Assembly (NCBI GenBank): GCA_964187785.1
Contig: OZ076409.1
Span: 75,146,001 to 75,210,000 of the forward strand
DNA from: Amphiscolops sp. MND2022
Lineage: Eukaryota
Direction: 5' to 3'
DNA length: 64,000 nt
Under the pieces are notes generated by a model. That model saw only the letters and a list, made by a program, of their open reading frames with translations. It made no database searches and was not told the DNA's origin. Shown here piece by piece: positions 1 through 13,100 of this stretch. Position 1 is the stretch's first letter, and the number at the start of each line of letters is the position of its first letter. Made by a program: the position numbers and the translations under genes.

Positions 1-851
1 CCACACGATTTGGCTGAAATTTGGCACACGTACCCCCCTCGGCACGGTGAAGATGATTTCCTACTGACGTTTTTCCCGCTAAACATTTTTTGTTGACCAA
101 AATAACGGTTTTTGGGGTAAAATTTTCAACTTTTTTTAAATTTCATCTTATATCTCGCCGCGGGTACACGCTAGCGCTTCCAAACCTTGCTGACGAAAGT
201 TTGCAAACTGTCTCAGGAATGCTGTGTGAAATTTTCAGCTCAATCGGACTCAAACTCAGGGAGATATAGCGTTTTTCCGGAGCGGGGGGGTTTCATTTTT
301 CTAACGGTCCAGCTTATCTTAGCCATTTTTTCGAAAATGTACTCGCCTAAAGACCTCCCCTGGCCGGTTTTATTCCCAGAAAAACCATTTGGCCCTAAAT
401 ACGGAGTTTCAGCGTTCCAGCATTCCCGGGCGAAAAGTTGTGGGACTTAGAAAAGTTCAAAAATTTTCAAAAAAAATTTTTTCCGTTATTTGGGCCCCCA
501 AAGTGGGGGAAAAGACCCCCCAAACAGTAAGGCAAGTGAATGCATGTGCAAAGCCCTTGTTTAGAGGAGAAAAATGCCGTTTAGAACGTCTTTTTATCTT
601 GGCTCAACGTTGACTTATGACGTTTTGAAGGTGATGTTTGGAGGTGTAAAGCACGTGAATAGTAAACGTTATGAGTATTTATCTGATCTGAAAGCCATTG
701 AGATGCAATATGGTTTGCTCAAAACGTAATTCATGGCAGTTTGGCAATCAATCAACACCCTTTGTTGTCGTTTGACATACTTTTTTGTTGTTATAATAAA
801 AAATTTTGTGTATTTATTCATTTTTTTCTCATCAAATAACTTGAAACAGTT

Positions 852-896
852 GAGTACATTCCATCCCCCCCTTCCGGGGGAGATGAGAATGTACTC
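852..896 (+). other. Internal imperfect hairpin ~250 bp upstream of the terminal hairpin (representative copy)
   Basis: GAGTACATT-C-CATC-CCCCC..GGGGG-A-GATG-AG-AATGTACTC recurs in the 1.28-kb units and, in diverged form, in the 2.18-kb units. Confidence 0.8.
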
Positions 897-1102
897 GCAA
901 AAAGCACTGAACTACGGCCCTTACCTTCCCGAGCTACGCAGTATAAGGATTACATATTGGTTCCGACATTTTCATAGAGTTAAATCTTGGTAATCTGTCT
1001 GGATATGCAGAAAAACCAGCACGTGCTTTTTTATACCAAGTTGCTCACAACGACATTTATTTTATATCAACGCCCCCATATTTATCAACGCCCCCCGTCC
1101 GT

Positions 1103-1122
1103 GGGCATGCCGAGGCATGCCC
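1103..1122 (+). other. 3' subterminal hairpin (representative copy)
   Basis: GGGCATGCC-GA-GGCATGCCC is a perfect 9-bp inverted repeat 39 nt before CTAG (1162-1165). It precedes 27 of the 32 junctions. Confidence 0.92.
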
Positions 1123-4100
1123 TTCGACGACGTATACCAAAATATGTTCGAGCGCGTTAGCCTAGGTGCCGGGATTTCTATTCGATAAAGTATGTTGCGC
1201 GTGTGGGTAGGGTCCCTGGCGCGCTCTTGGGTATGGTGTTCACCAGCTAGGAAATAGGGGTCGATTTTTCGGGATCTCCTAAACTAGCCACACGATTTGG
1301 CTGAAATTTGGCACACGTACCCCCCTCGGCATGGTGAAGATGATTCCCTACTAGCGTTTTGCTCGCAAAATTTTTTTTGTTGTCCAAAATAACGGTTTTT
1401 GGGGGAAAATTTTGAATTTTTTTTAAATTTTATCTTATATCTCGCCAACGGTTTACGCTAGCGCTTCAAAACCCTGCTAAAGAAAGCTTGCAAACTGTCT
1501 CAGGAATGCGGTGTGAAATTTTCAGCTCAATCGGACTCAAACTCGGGGAGATATAGCGTTTTTCCGGAGCGGGGGGGTTTCATTTTTCTAACGGTCCAGC
1601 TTATCTTTGCCATTTTTTCGAAAATGCACTCGCCTAAAGGCCTCCCCTGGCCGGTTTTATTCCCAGCAAAACCATTTGGCCCTAAATACGGAGTTTCAGC
1701 GTTCCAGCATTCCCGGGCGAAAAGTTGTGGGACTTAGAAAAGTTCAAAAATTTTCAAAAAATTTTTTTTCCGTTTTCCGCCCTCCCCCCCTAGGGGAAAA
1801 GACCCCCCAACCAGTAATTTGAGTGAATTCATGTGGAAAGGCCTTGTTTAGAGGAGAAAAATGCCGTTTAGAACGTCTTTTTATCTTGGCTCAACGTTGA
1901 TTTATGACGTTTTGAAGGTGATGTTTGGAGGTGTAAAGCACGTGAATAGTAAACGTTATGAGTATTTATCTGATCTGAAAGCCATTGAGATGAATATGGT
2001 TTGCTCAAAACGTAATTCATGGCAGTTTGGCAATCAATCAACACCCTTTGTTGTCGTTTGACATACTTTTTTGTTGTTATAATAAAAAATTTTGTGTATT
2101 TATTCATTTTTTTCTCATCAAATAACTTGAAACAGTTGAGTACATTCCATCCCCCCCTTCCGGGGGAGATGAGAATGTACTCGCAAAAAGCACCGAACTA
2201 CGGCCCTTACCTTCCCGAGCTACGCAGTATAAGGATTACATGATGGTTCCGACATTTTCATAGAGTTAAATCTTGGTAATCTGTCTGGATATGCAGAAAA
2301 ACCAGCACGTGCTTTTTTATACCAAGTTGCTTACAACGACAATTATTTTATATCAACGCCCCCATATTTATCAACGCCCCCCGTCCGTGGGCATGCCGAG
2401 GCATGCCCTTCGACGACGTATACCAAGATATACATCGAGCGCGTTAGCCTAGGTGCCAATCCCCCCGGGATGCCACAGCTTCGAGGGCGGGGTAGGGCCC
2501 CCTGCCCGAGTCCAATACCAACGGCGCTAAACTTCGCGCCAGAAACTTAAGGCGATATAGGATTCTAGAGGCGATCTCGAAAACGGCCCTATAGAATTGG
2601 CTCAAAATTTGCATACGGCTTCCTCTAGCGATTCTAAGAACTTTTCCCTACTACCGTTTTGCCCAAAAAAATTTTTTTGTTGACTTATAGACAATTTTAG
2701 GTGCCGAAAATGGCGTTTTTTCGAAAATTTTTTTTTCAAGAGCCCATATCTCGCTCCCAGGTGCTCGGAGCGGGTCGCATGTGGACGTCGATATTGCTAG
2801 GCACTTCGTAAGGAGTCCGTAGACAAATTTTCGTACAGATCGGATGAAAATTGACTTAGTAATAAAAAACTTTGATTTGCATTTTTTCGAAAATTTATGA
2901 AATCCCAGTGTATCTCTGCCGTTTTTTGCCCAGATTTTTTTCCAGGACCTCTCCTAAAGGCCTCCCCTGGCCGGTTTACCTCCCAGAAAAACCATTTGGC
3001 CCTTTTGCCGCAGTTTCAGCGTTCCAGGATTCCGCGGGTAAAAGATAAATGACTTAGAATTTTTTCGAAAAATTTTCAAAATTTTTTTTTCAAATTCAGG
3101 CCTCCCAAAGTCAGGAAACGTCCACACAACTAGTATTGCAAGTGAATGCATGTGGAAAGTGCTCGAATAGACGAGAAAAATGAGCTATTATAAACCTCTG
3201 TAGCTCAACCTGACGTTGACTTATGACAATTTTAGTGTGAGCTTGCTATGTGAGAAAAAAATTCAAAAATTGAAAATCGAAGCTAAGTCTCATCCAAAAC
3301 TCATCGGAATACGTTCAATCCATCCCAAAGCGGTTTAATTCCAGCTATATAGTGCGCCAACACCATTCAGGGTCGTTTGACCCATTTTTATAACTTTTGA
3401 CACCGTCTTATCCATCCGAAAGTTCGAAACAGTTAAGTACATTCCATCTCCCCTCCGTGGGAGATGGTAATGTACTCGCAAAAAGCCAAGGTCCTACCGC
3501 CCTGTTCTATCCGGCGTTGCACCAGAAATGCAGTAGCATGAGCTCCAGGTCGTTTGCAGTAGCCTTTACGGGTGTTGTGACTATGCATTACAAGTCTAAC
3601 TATGTTACTGAACGTGAAAAATTTGTTTCACTCCAAAATTTTTTTCAACTATTTTATGTCATCAATAAAGATATATCCATGCATTTACTACTACCTACCC
3701 CATCACCCGCCCCCTCCACTATCTGTTCAACCGTACACGTCTAGGTGCCCAAATCCATCGATTTACCTTCACTTTGAGGGCGGGGTAGGGCCCCCGACCG
3801 GCTCCTCAGGCTTTAGACTGGCAACTTTAAGCCATTGTGCAAAATGGAAGCGATTTTCTAAACGGCCCATACGATTTGGCTGAAATTTTGCATACGGCTT
3901 CCTCTAGCGATTCTAAGAACTAATCCCTACTGGCGTTTTGCCCGGAAAAATCAAAAAGTGGGTCAAAATCTTAGTTTTTTGGTCGAAAAATGGCGTTTTT
4001 TTGGAAAAAAATTTTTTAAGAGCCCATATCTCGCTCCCAGGTGCTCGGAGCGGGTCGCATGTGGACGTTGATATTGCTGGGCACTTCGTAAGGAGTCCGT

Positions 4101-7100
4101 AGACAAATTTTGGTACAGATCGGATGAAAATTGATAGAGTAATAGCCGCCGATTTGGCGCATTTTTTCGCAAATTTTCGAAAACCTAGTCTATCTCTGCC
4201 GTTTTTTGCCCAGATTTTTTTCCAGGACCTCTCCTAAAGGCCTCCCCTGGCCGGTTTACCTCCCAGAAAAACCATTTGGCCCTTTTGCCGCAGTTTCAGC
4301 GTTCCAGGATTCCCCGGGTAAAAGTAAAATGTCTTAGAATTTTTTCGAAAAATTTTCAAAAAAATTTTTTTTCAACTTCAGGCCTCCCAAAGTCAAAAAA
4401 CGTCCACACAACTAGTATTGCAAGTGGATGCATGTGGAAAGTGCTCGAATAGACGAGAAAAATGAGCTATTATAAACCTCTGTAGCTTAACCTGACGTTG
4501 ACTTATGACAATTTTAGTGTGAGCTTGCTATGTGAGAAAAAAATTCGAAAATTGAAAATTGAAGCTAAGTCGCATCCAAAACTCATCGGAATGGGTTCAA
4601 TCCATCCCAAAGCGGTTTAATTCCAGCTATATAGTGCACCAACACCATTGAAGAACATTTGATCCATATATAAAAGTTTTGACACCGTCTTATCCATTTG
4701 AAAGTTCGAAACAGTTAAGTACATTCCATCTCCCCTCCGTGGGAGATGGTAATGTACTCGCAAAAAGCCAAGTACTACCGCCCTATTCTACCCGGATTGG
4801 TGCTAGCAATGCAGTAGCGTGAGCTCCAGGTTGTTTGCGGTAGCCTTTACGGGTGTTGTGACTATGTATTACAAATCTAACTATGTTACTGAACGTGAAA
4901 AAATTGTTTCACTCCAAAATTTTTTCCAACCATTTTATGTCATCAATAAAGATATATCCATCCATTTACTACTACCTACCCCATCACCCGCCCCCTCCAC
5001 TATCTGTTCAACCGTACACGTCTAGGTGCCGGGATTTCTATTCGATAAAGTATGTTGCGCGTGTGGGTAGGGTCCCTGGCGCGCTCTTGGGTATGGTGTT
5101 CACCAGCTAGGAAATAGGGGTCGATTTTTCGGGATCTCCTAAACTAGCCACACGATTTGGCTGAAATTTGGCACACGTACCCCCCTCGGCACGGTGAAGA
5201 TGATTTCCTACTGACGTTTTTCCCGCAAAATTTTTTTTGTTGTCCAAAATAACGGTTTTTGGGGTAAAATTTTGAATTTTTTTTAAATTTCATCTTATAT
5301 CTCGCCAACGGTTTACGCTAGCGCTTCAAAACCCTGCTAAAGAAAGTTTGCAAACTGTCTCAGGAATGCTGTGTGAAATTTTCAGCTCAATCGGACTCAA
5401 ACTCAGGGAGATATAGCGTTTTTCCGGAGCGGGGGGGTTTCATTTTTCTAACGGTCCAGCTTATCTTAGCCATTTTTTCGAAAATGTAATCGCCTAAAGG
5501 CCTCCCCTGGCCGGTTTTATTCCCAGCAAAACCATTTGGCCCTAAATACGGAGTTTCAGCGTTCTAGCATTCCCGGGCGAAAAGTTTTGGGACTTAGAAA
5601 ATTTCAAAAATTTTCAAAAAATTTTTTTTCCGTTTTCCGCCATCCCCCCCTAGGGGAAAAGACCCCCCAACCAGTAATTTGAGTGAATTCATGTGGAAAG
5701 GCCATGTTTAGAGGAGAAAAATTTCGTTTAAATCGTCTTTTTATCTTTATTCAACGTTGACTTATGACGTTTTGAAGGTGATGTTTGGAGGTGTGAAGCA
5801 CGTGAAAAGTAAACGTTATGAGTATTTATCTGATCTGAAAGCCATTGAGATGCAACCTGTTTTGCTCAAAACGTAATTCATATCAGTTTGGTAGTCAAAC
5901 AACACCCTTTGTTGTCATTTGACATCTTTTTTTGTTGATATAAGAAAAAATTTCGTGTATTTATTCATTTTTTTCTCATCAAATAACTTGAAACAGTTGA
6001 GTACATTCCATCCCCCCTTCACGGGGGAGATGAGAATGTACTCGCAAAAAGCTCCGAACTACGGCCCTTACCTTCCTGAGCTACGCAGTATAAAGATTGC
6101 ATATTGGTTCCGACATTTTGATAGAGTTATATCTTGGTAATCTGTCTGGGTATGCAGAAAAACCAGCACGTGCTTTTTTATACCAAGTTGCTCACAACGA
6201 CATTTAATTTATATCAACGCCCCCATATTTATCAACGCCCCCCGTCCGTGGGCATGCCGAGGCATGCCCTTCGACGACGTATACCAAAATATGTTCGAGC
6301 GCGTTAGCCTAGGTGCCGGGATTTCTATTCGTTCGAGTATGTGGCGCGTGTGGGTAGGGCCCCTGGCGCGCTCTTGTGTTTCGGGTTTTCCTACTCCTAA
6401 ACCGCGTTCAGATTTTCGGGATCTCGTAAACTAGCCATACGATTTGGCTGAAATTTGGCACACAGCTCCGTTGGAACATTGTAAGAACAAATCCCTACTG
6501 ACGTTTTGCCCGCTAAACATTTTTTGTTGGTCAAAAATGCGATTTTCCGACAAAATTTTTGACTTTTTTTCACTTTTCAGTCTATATCTCGCCACAGGGT
6601 TACGCTAGCTACCCTAAACCCTGCTAATTATAATTTGCAATCTGTCTCAGGAATGCGGTGTGAAATTTTCAGGTCAATCGGACTTAAACTCAGCGAGTTA
6701 GAGCGATTTTTTAGGTGCATTTTTTGACATTTTTTGCATTTGCCGATTTATCTCTGCCGTTTTTTGCCAAAATTTTTTTTGAGACACTCTCCTAAAGACC
6801 TCCCCTGGCCGGTTTACCTCCCAGCAAAACCATTTGGCCCTAAATACGAAGTTTTAGCGTTCTAGCATTCCCGGGCGAAAAGTTGTGGAACTTAGAATAA
6901 TTTTTTGGAAACGCAAAATGTGTAAAGTCAACTTCAGGCCTCCCAAAGTCAAGGAACTTCCACACAACTAGGATTGCAAGTGGATGCATGTGGAAAGTAC
7001 TGGGATAGACGAGAAAAATGAGCTATAGAACAACTCTGTAGCTTAACCTGACGTTGACTTATGATGTTTTGAATGTGTGCTTGCTAAGGGGTCCGAAATT

Positions 7101-10100
7101 GAAAATTTTTAAAGAAAATTAATATCGTCAAAAATTCATCGGAATGCCTGCAATATACAGTAGAGCGTGTTCAATTGTAGCTGACTAATGCATCAACGCT
7201 GTTCAAGGTCTTTTAACTCAGTTTCAAAATTTTTTACACTGTATTATCCATCCGAGAGTTCGAAACAGTTGAGTACATTCCATCTCCCTCCCGAGGGAGA
7301 TGAGAATGTACTCGCTAAAGTCCAGATACCACAACCCATATTTGTTTCTCTGCGACGCAAATCTTAGATAGTGCACGTAACTACCGGTCTTTTGACTGAA
7401 ATTTGTATTTACATTGACGTGACATATGCTGAACGTTCGGTTCTTACAACATACGCATGACTAACGTCAACGCCACATACTGTTACCAACGCCCACCGTC
7501 CGTGGGCATGCCGAGGCATGCCCTTCGACGACGTATGCCAAATACCTTTGAACGACGCGCACTCTCCCGCTAGGTGCCGGGATTTTCTATTCGTTTGGGG
7601 AAGATGCGCGCTGTTGGGGAGGGTCCCGGGCGCGCTCAGGTGTTTGTGGTTTTCCAACTTTGGAATCAGCACCCGCTGGGAACGATCTCGAGAACTATCC
7701 ATACGATTTGGCTGAAATTTTGCATGTGGCTCCCAATGGACATTGTAAGAACAAATCCCTACTGGCGTTTTGCTGGGAAAAATCAAAATGTTGGTCAAAA
7801 ATGCGATTTTCCGACGAAATTTTTGACTTTTTTTTCTTTGACGGTCTATATCTCGCCACAGGGTCACGCTATCTACCCTAAACCCTGCTAATTATAATTT
7901 GCAAACTGTCTCAGGAATGCGGTGTGAATTTTTCAGGTCGATCGGACTAAAATTCAGCGACTTAGAGCGTTTTTTAGGTGCATTTTTTGACATTTTTTGC
8001 GTTTGCTGATTTATCTCTGCCGTTTTTTGCCAAAATTTTTTCTGAGACACTCTCCTAAAGACCTCCCCTGGCCGGTTTACCTCCCAGCAAAACCATTTGG
8101 CCCTAAATACGAAGTTTCAGCGTTCTAGCATTCCCGGGCGAAAAGTTGTGGGACTTAGAAAAAAAATTTGGAAACGCAAAATGTGTAAAGTCAACTTCAG
8201 GCCTCCCAAAGTCAAGAAACTTCCACACAACTAGGATTGCAAGTGAATGCATGTGGAAAGTACTCGAATGGGCGAGGAAAATGAGCTATAGAACAGCTCT
8301 GTAGCCTAACTTGACGTTGACTTATGACAATTTTAGTGTGAGCCTGCTAAGTGAGAAAAAAATTCAAAATTGAAAACCGAAGCTAAGTCTTATCCAAAAC
8401 TCATCGGAACACGTTCAGTCCCACCCAGAGCGGTTTAAATCCAGGTTTCTAGTGCAGCAGCACCATTCAAGACCATTCGACCCATTTTTATAAGTTTTGA
8501 CACCGTAATATTCATACGAGAGCACAAAACAGTTGAGTACATTCCATCTCCCTTTCGGGGGAGATGAGAATGTACTCGCTAAAGTCCAGGTACTCTAGTC
8601 TATATTTGTTTTTATGCGGCGCTCTTTATACTAGTGCGCACACGTATTAATCTTTTAACTGAATTTTCTTTTGACTGTACTTTGACTTTGACTTGACATA
8701 ATGGACGTTATGTCCTTAAATCACGCACATGACTAACGTCAACGCCCCATCCTTGCATCAACGCCCACCGTCCGTGGGCATGCCGAGGCATGCCCTTCGA
8801 CGACGTATGCCAAAGATATTCCCGAGCGCGTTAGCCTAGGTGCCAAAACCCAATGGTTTGCCAAACACTTCGAGGGCGGGGTAGGGCCCCCAGCCCGAGT
8901 CAAAAGTCGAAGACAAACAACTTAAGGCGATTGCTGGGATCTCCTATCGATTTTCTAAACGAGCCATACGATTTGGCTGAAATTTTGCACACGGCTTCCT
9001 ATAACAATCCTAAGAACTAATCCCTACTGGCGTTTTGCCCGGAAAAATCAAAAAATGGGTCAAAATCTTAGTTTTTTGGTCAAAAAATGGCGTTTTTTGG
9101 AAAATTTTTTTTAAGAGCCAATATCTCGCTCCACAGGCCCCGGATCAAAAAGTGTACAATTGTTCGCGTGCTAGGCACTTCATGAACTGTCCGTAGACAA
9201 ATTTTCGTCCAGATCGGATAAAAATTGACTGAGTAATAAAAAACTTTGAAAGTGATTTTGACGACATTTTTCGAAAACCTAGTCTATCTCTGCCGTTTTT
9301 TGCCCAGATTTTTTTCCAGGACCTCTCCCAAAGGCCTCCCCTGGCCGGTTGACCTCCCAGAAAAACCATTTGGCCCTTTTGCCGCAGTTTCAGCGTTCCA
9401 GGATTCCTCGGGTAAAAGATAAATGACTTAGAATTTTTCAAAAAAAATTCAAAAAAAAATTTTTTTTCTTCAAACCTTCCAAAGTCAAGAAACGTCCACA
9501 CAACTAGTATTGCAAGTGAATGCATGTGGAAAGTGCTCGAATAGACGAGAAAAATGAGCTATTATAAACCTCTGTAGCTCAACCTGACGTTGACTTATGA
9601 CAATTTTAGTGTGAGCTTGCTATGTGAGAAAAAATTTCAAAAATTGAAAATCGAGCTAAGTCTCATCCAAAACTCATCGGAATACGTTCAATCCACCCTA
9701 AAGCGGTTTAATTCCAGTTACTAAGTGCAGCAACACCATTCAAGGTCATTTAACCCATATTTATAATTTTTGACACCGTCTTATCCATTTGAAAGTTCGA
9801 AACAGTTGAGTACATTCCATCTCCCCTACGTGGGAGATGGTAATGTACTCGCAAAAAGCCAAGGTCCTACCGCCCTATTCTAACCGGCGTTGCATCAGAA
9901 ATGCAGTAGCATGAGCTCCAGGTTGTTTGCAGTAGCCTTTACGTATGTTGTGACTATGTATTACAATTCTAACTCTGTTACTAAACATTAAAAAATTGTT
10001 TCAATCTCAAATTTTTTTTTCAACCTTAGTATGTCACCAATAAACATATATCCATCTTTCCGACTACAACCACCCTACCACCCGGCCCCTTGTCCACTGT

Positions 10101-13100
10101 TCAACCGTGCACGTCTAGGTGGCCGTGTCTTTTCGACGTGCTTTTGCATTGAGGAGTGGGTAGGGCCCCGCGACGACCTAGAAGAATTGGATGCTCACCG
10201 AAACGTGCAGAATTCTACGAGATCTCATAGTTTGAGCCATACGATTTTTCTGAAATTTGGCATGTGGCCTGGAATTGGTGAGTAGGTAAAACGTGTAGAA
10301 GGTAATTTTTCCCAAATTCCACTGTGAGAGGAGATATGGGCAAATAACGGACCCAAAAATGGCAAAAATGCACATTTTTCAACTTTGTCAGCCAATATCT
10401 CTTTTCCAGGTGCCCGTAGCGTTCCGCACGTGGACATCAATATTGCTCAGCGCTGTTGGAGGAGTGCGTGGACAAATTTTGGTTGAAATCGGACTTGAAC
10501 TTGACGAGAAATTAACGGTTTTTTGGGCGTTACCGGGGTAAATTTTTTAACGGTCCAGCTTATCTTTGCCATTTTTTCGAAAATGTACATGCCTAAAGGC
10601 CTCCCCCTGGCCGAATTTACTCCCAGCAAACCCATTTGGCCCTAAATACGGAGTTTCAGCGTTCCAGCATTCCGGGGCGGAAAGTTGTGGGACTTGGAAA
10701 AATTTCAAAATTTTTTCAAAAATTTTTTTTCCCGTTTTCCGGGCCCCCAGTGAAGGGGAACGACCCCCCAACCAGTATTTTGAGTGAATTCATGTGGAAC
10801 GCCCATGTTTGGAGGAGAAAAATGCCGTTTAGCACATCTTTTTATCTTAACTTGACATTGACTTATGACGTTTTGAATGTGATGTTAGGATATATGAAGC
10901 ATGTTAAAAGTTGAAGTTTTGAGTCTTTATCTCATCGGAAAACCATTGAGATACAAGCAGTTTTGCTAAAAACGATTTTCATTGTAGGTTAGCAGAGTAT
11001 TAGTACACTTTGATGTCATTTGAGTATATTTTTCTTCTATATAATAACTGTTTTTATGTATTTATTCCAATTTATCTCATCTTTTAACATCAAGCAGTTG
11101 AGTACATTTCATCTCCCTTTCGGGGGAGATGAGAATGTACTCGCTAAAAACCTAATGCTATGGCGCCAATGTTTGGATGGGAAGTTTTCTATGCTTTGAA
11201 AAAAGTTATTTTTAATTACTTGATTTTTTAAAACAATAATTAACATGAAGTACATTACTTGCTCCTACTACTACCACCATACATCTCTAACGTCAACGCC
11301 CCCTGCTTGCATCAACGCCCCATCGTCCGTGGGCATGCCGAGGCATGCCCTTCGACGACGTATGCCAAATGCCCAGTGCCACGCAGTCTTTTCCCGCTAG
11401 GTGCCGGGATTTCTATTCGTTCGAGTATGTGGCGCGTGTGGGTAGGGCCCCTGACGCGCTCTTTTATTTCGGGTACACCTACTCCAAATTCACGATGTGA
11501 TTTCGACGATCTCGTAAACTAGCCACACGATTTGGCTGAAATTTGGCACACGTACCCCCCTCGGCACGGTGAAGATGATTCCCTACTGACGTTTTGCTCG
11601 CTAAACATTTTTTGTTGACCAAAATAACGGTTTTTGGGGTAAAATTTTCAACTTTTTTTAAATTTCATCTTATATCTCGCCACGGGTACACGCTAGCGCT
11701 TCCAAACCTTGCTGACGAAAGTTTGCAAACTGTCTCAGGAATGCTGTGTGAAATTTTCAGCTCAATCAGACTTAAACTCGAGGAGATATAGCGTTTTTCC
11801 GGAGCGGGGGGGTTTCATTTTTCTAACGGTCCAGCTTATCTTTGCCATTTTTTCGAAAATGCACTCGCCTAAAGGCCTCCCCTGGCCGGTTTTATTCCCA
11901 GCAAAACCATTTGGCCCTAAATACGGAGTTTCAGCGTTCCAGCATTCCTGGGCGAAAAGTTGTGGGACTTAGAAAATTTCAAAAATTTTCAAAAAAATTT
12001 TTTTCCGTTATTTGGGCCCCCAAAGTGGGGGAAAAGACCCCCCAAGCAGTAAAGCAAGTGAATGCATGTGCAAAGCCCTTGTTTAGAGGAGAAAAATGCC
12101 GTTTAGAACGTCTTTTTATCCTGGCTCAACGTTGACTTATGACGTTTTGAAGGTGATGTTTGGAGGTGTAAAGCACGTGAATAGTAAACGTTATGAGTAT
12201 TTATCTGATCTGAAAGCCATTGAGATGCAATATGGTTTGCTCAAAACATAAATCATGGCAGTTTGGCAATCAATCAACACCCTTTGTTGTCGTTTGACAT
12301 ACTATTTTGTTGTTATAATAAAAAATTTTGTGTATTTATTCATTTTTTTCTCATCAAATAACTTGAAACAGTTGAGTACATTCCATCCCCCCCTTCCGGG
12401 GGAGATGAGAATGTACTCGCAAAAAGCACCGAACTACGGCCCTTACCTTCCCGAGCTACGCAGTATAAGGATTACATATTGGTTCCGACATTTTCATAGA
12501 GTTATATCTTGGTAATCTGTCTGGATATGCAGAAAAATCAGCACGTGCCTCTTAATACCAAGTTGCTCACAACGACAATTCTTTTATATCAACGCCCCCA
12601 TCTTTATCAACGCCCCCCGTCCGTGGGCATGCCGAGGCATGCCCTTCGACGACGTATACCAAGATATGCGTTAACGCGTTAGCCTAGGTGCCCGGATTTC
12701 TATTCATTAAAGTATGTTGCGCGTGTGGGTAGGGCCCCGTGGCGCGCTCTTGTGTCCCTGTTCTAAAATCTGTAATTTCCGGCAGCATTCTGAGCGATTT
12801 TCTAAACTATCCATACGATTTGGCTAAAATTTGGCACACGTACCCCCCTCGGCACGGTGAAGATGATTTCCTACTGACGTTTTTCCCGCAAAATTTTTTT
12901 TGTTGTCCAAAATAACGGTTTTTGGGGTAAAATTTTGAACTTTTTTTAAATTTCATCTGATATCTCGCCACGGGTTTACGCTAGCGCTTCAAAACCCTGC
13001 TAAAGAAAGCTTGCAAACTGTCTCAGGAATGCGGTGTGAAATTTTCAGCTCAATCGGACTTAAACTCAGGGAGATATAGCGTTTTTCCGGAGCGGGGGGG

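Noticed and set aside
1785..1797. Internal CCCCTAGGGG palindrome as an additional junction
   Set aside because: It is not followed by GTG, lacks a preceding terminal block, and varies to CCCCGAGGGG (~17207, ~44484).
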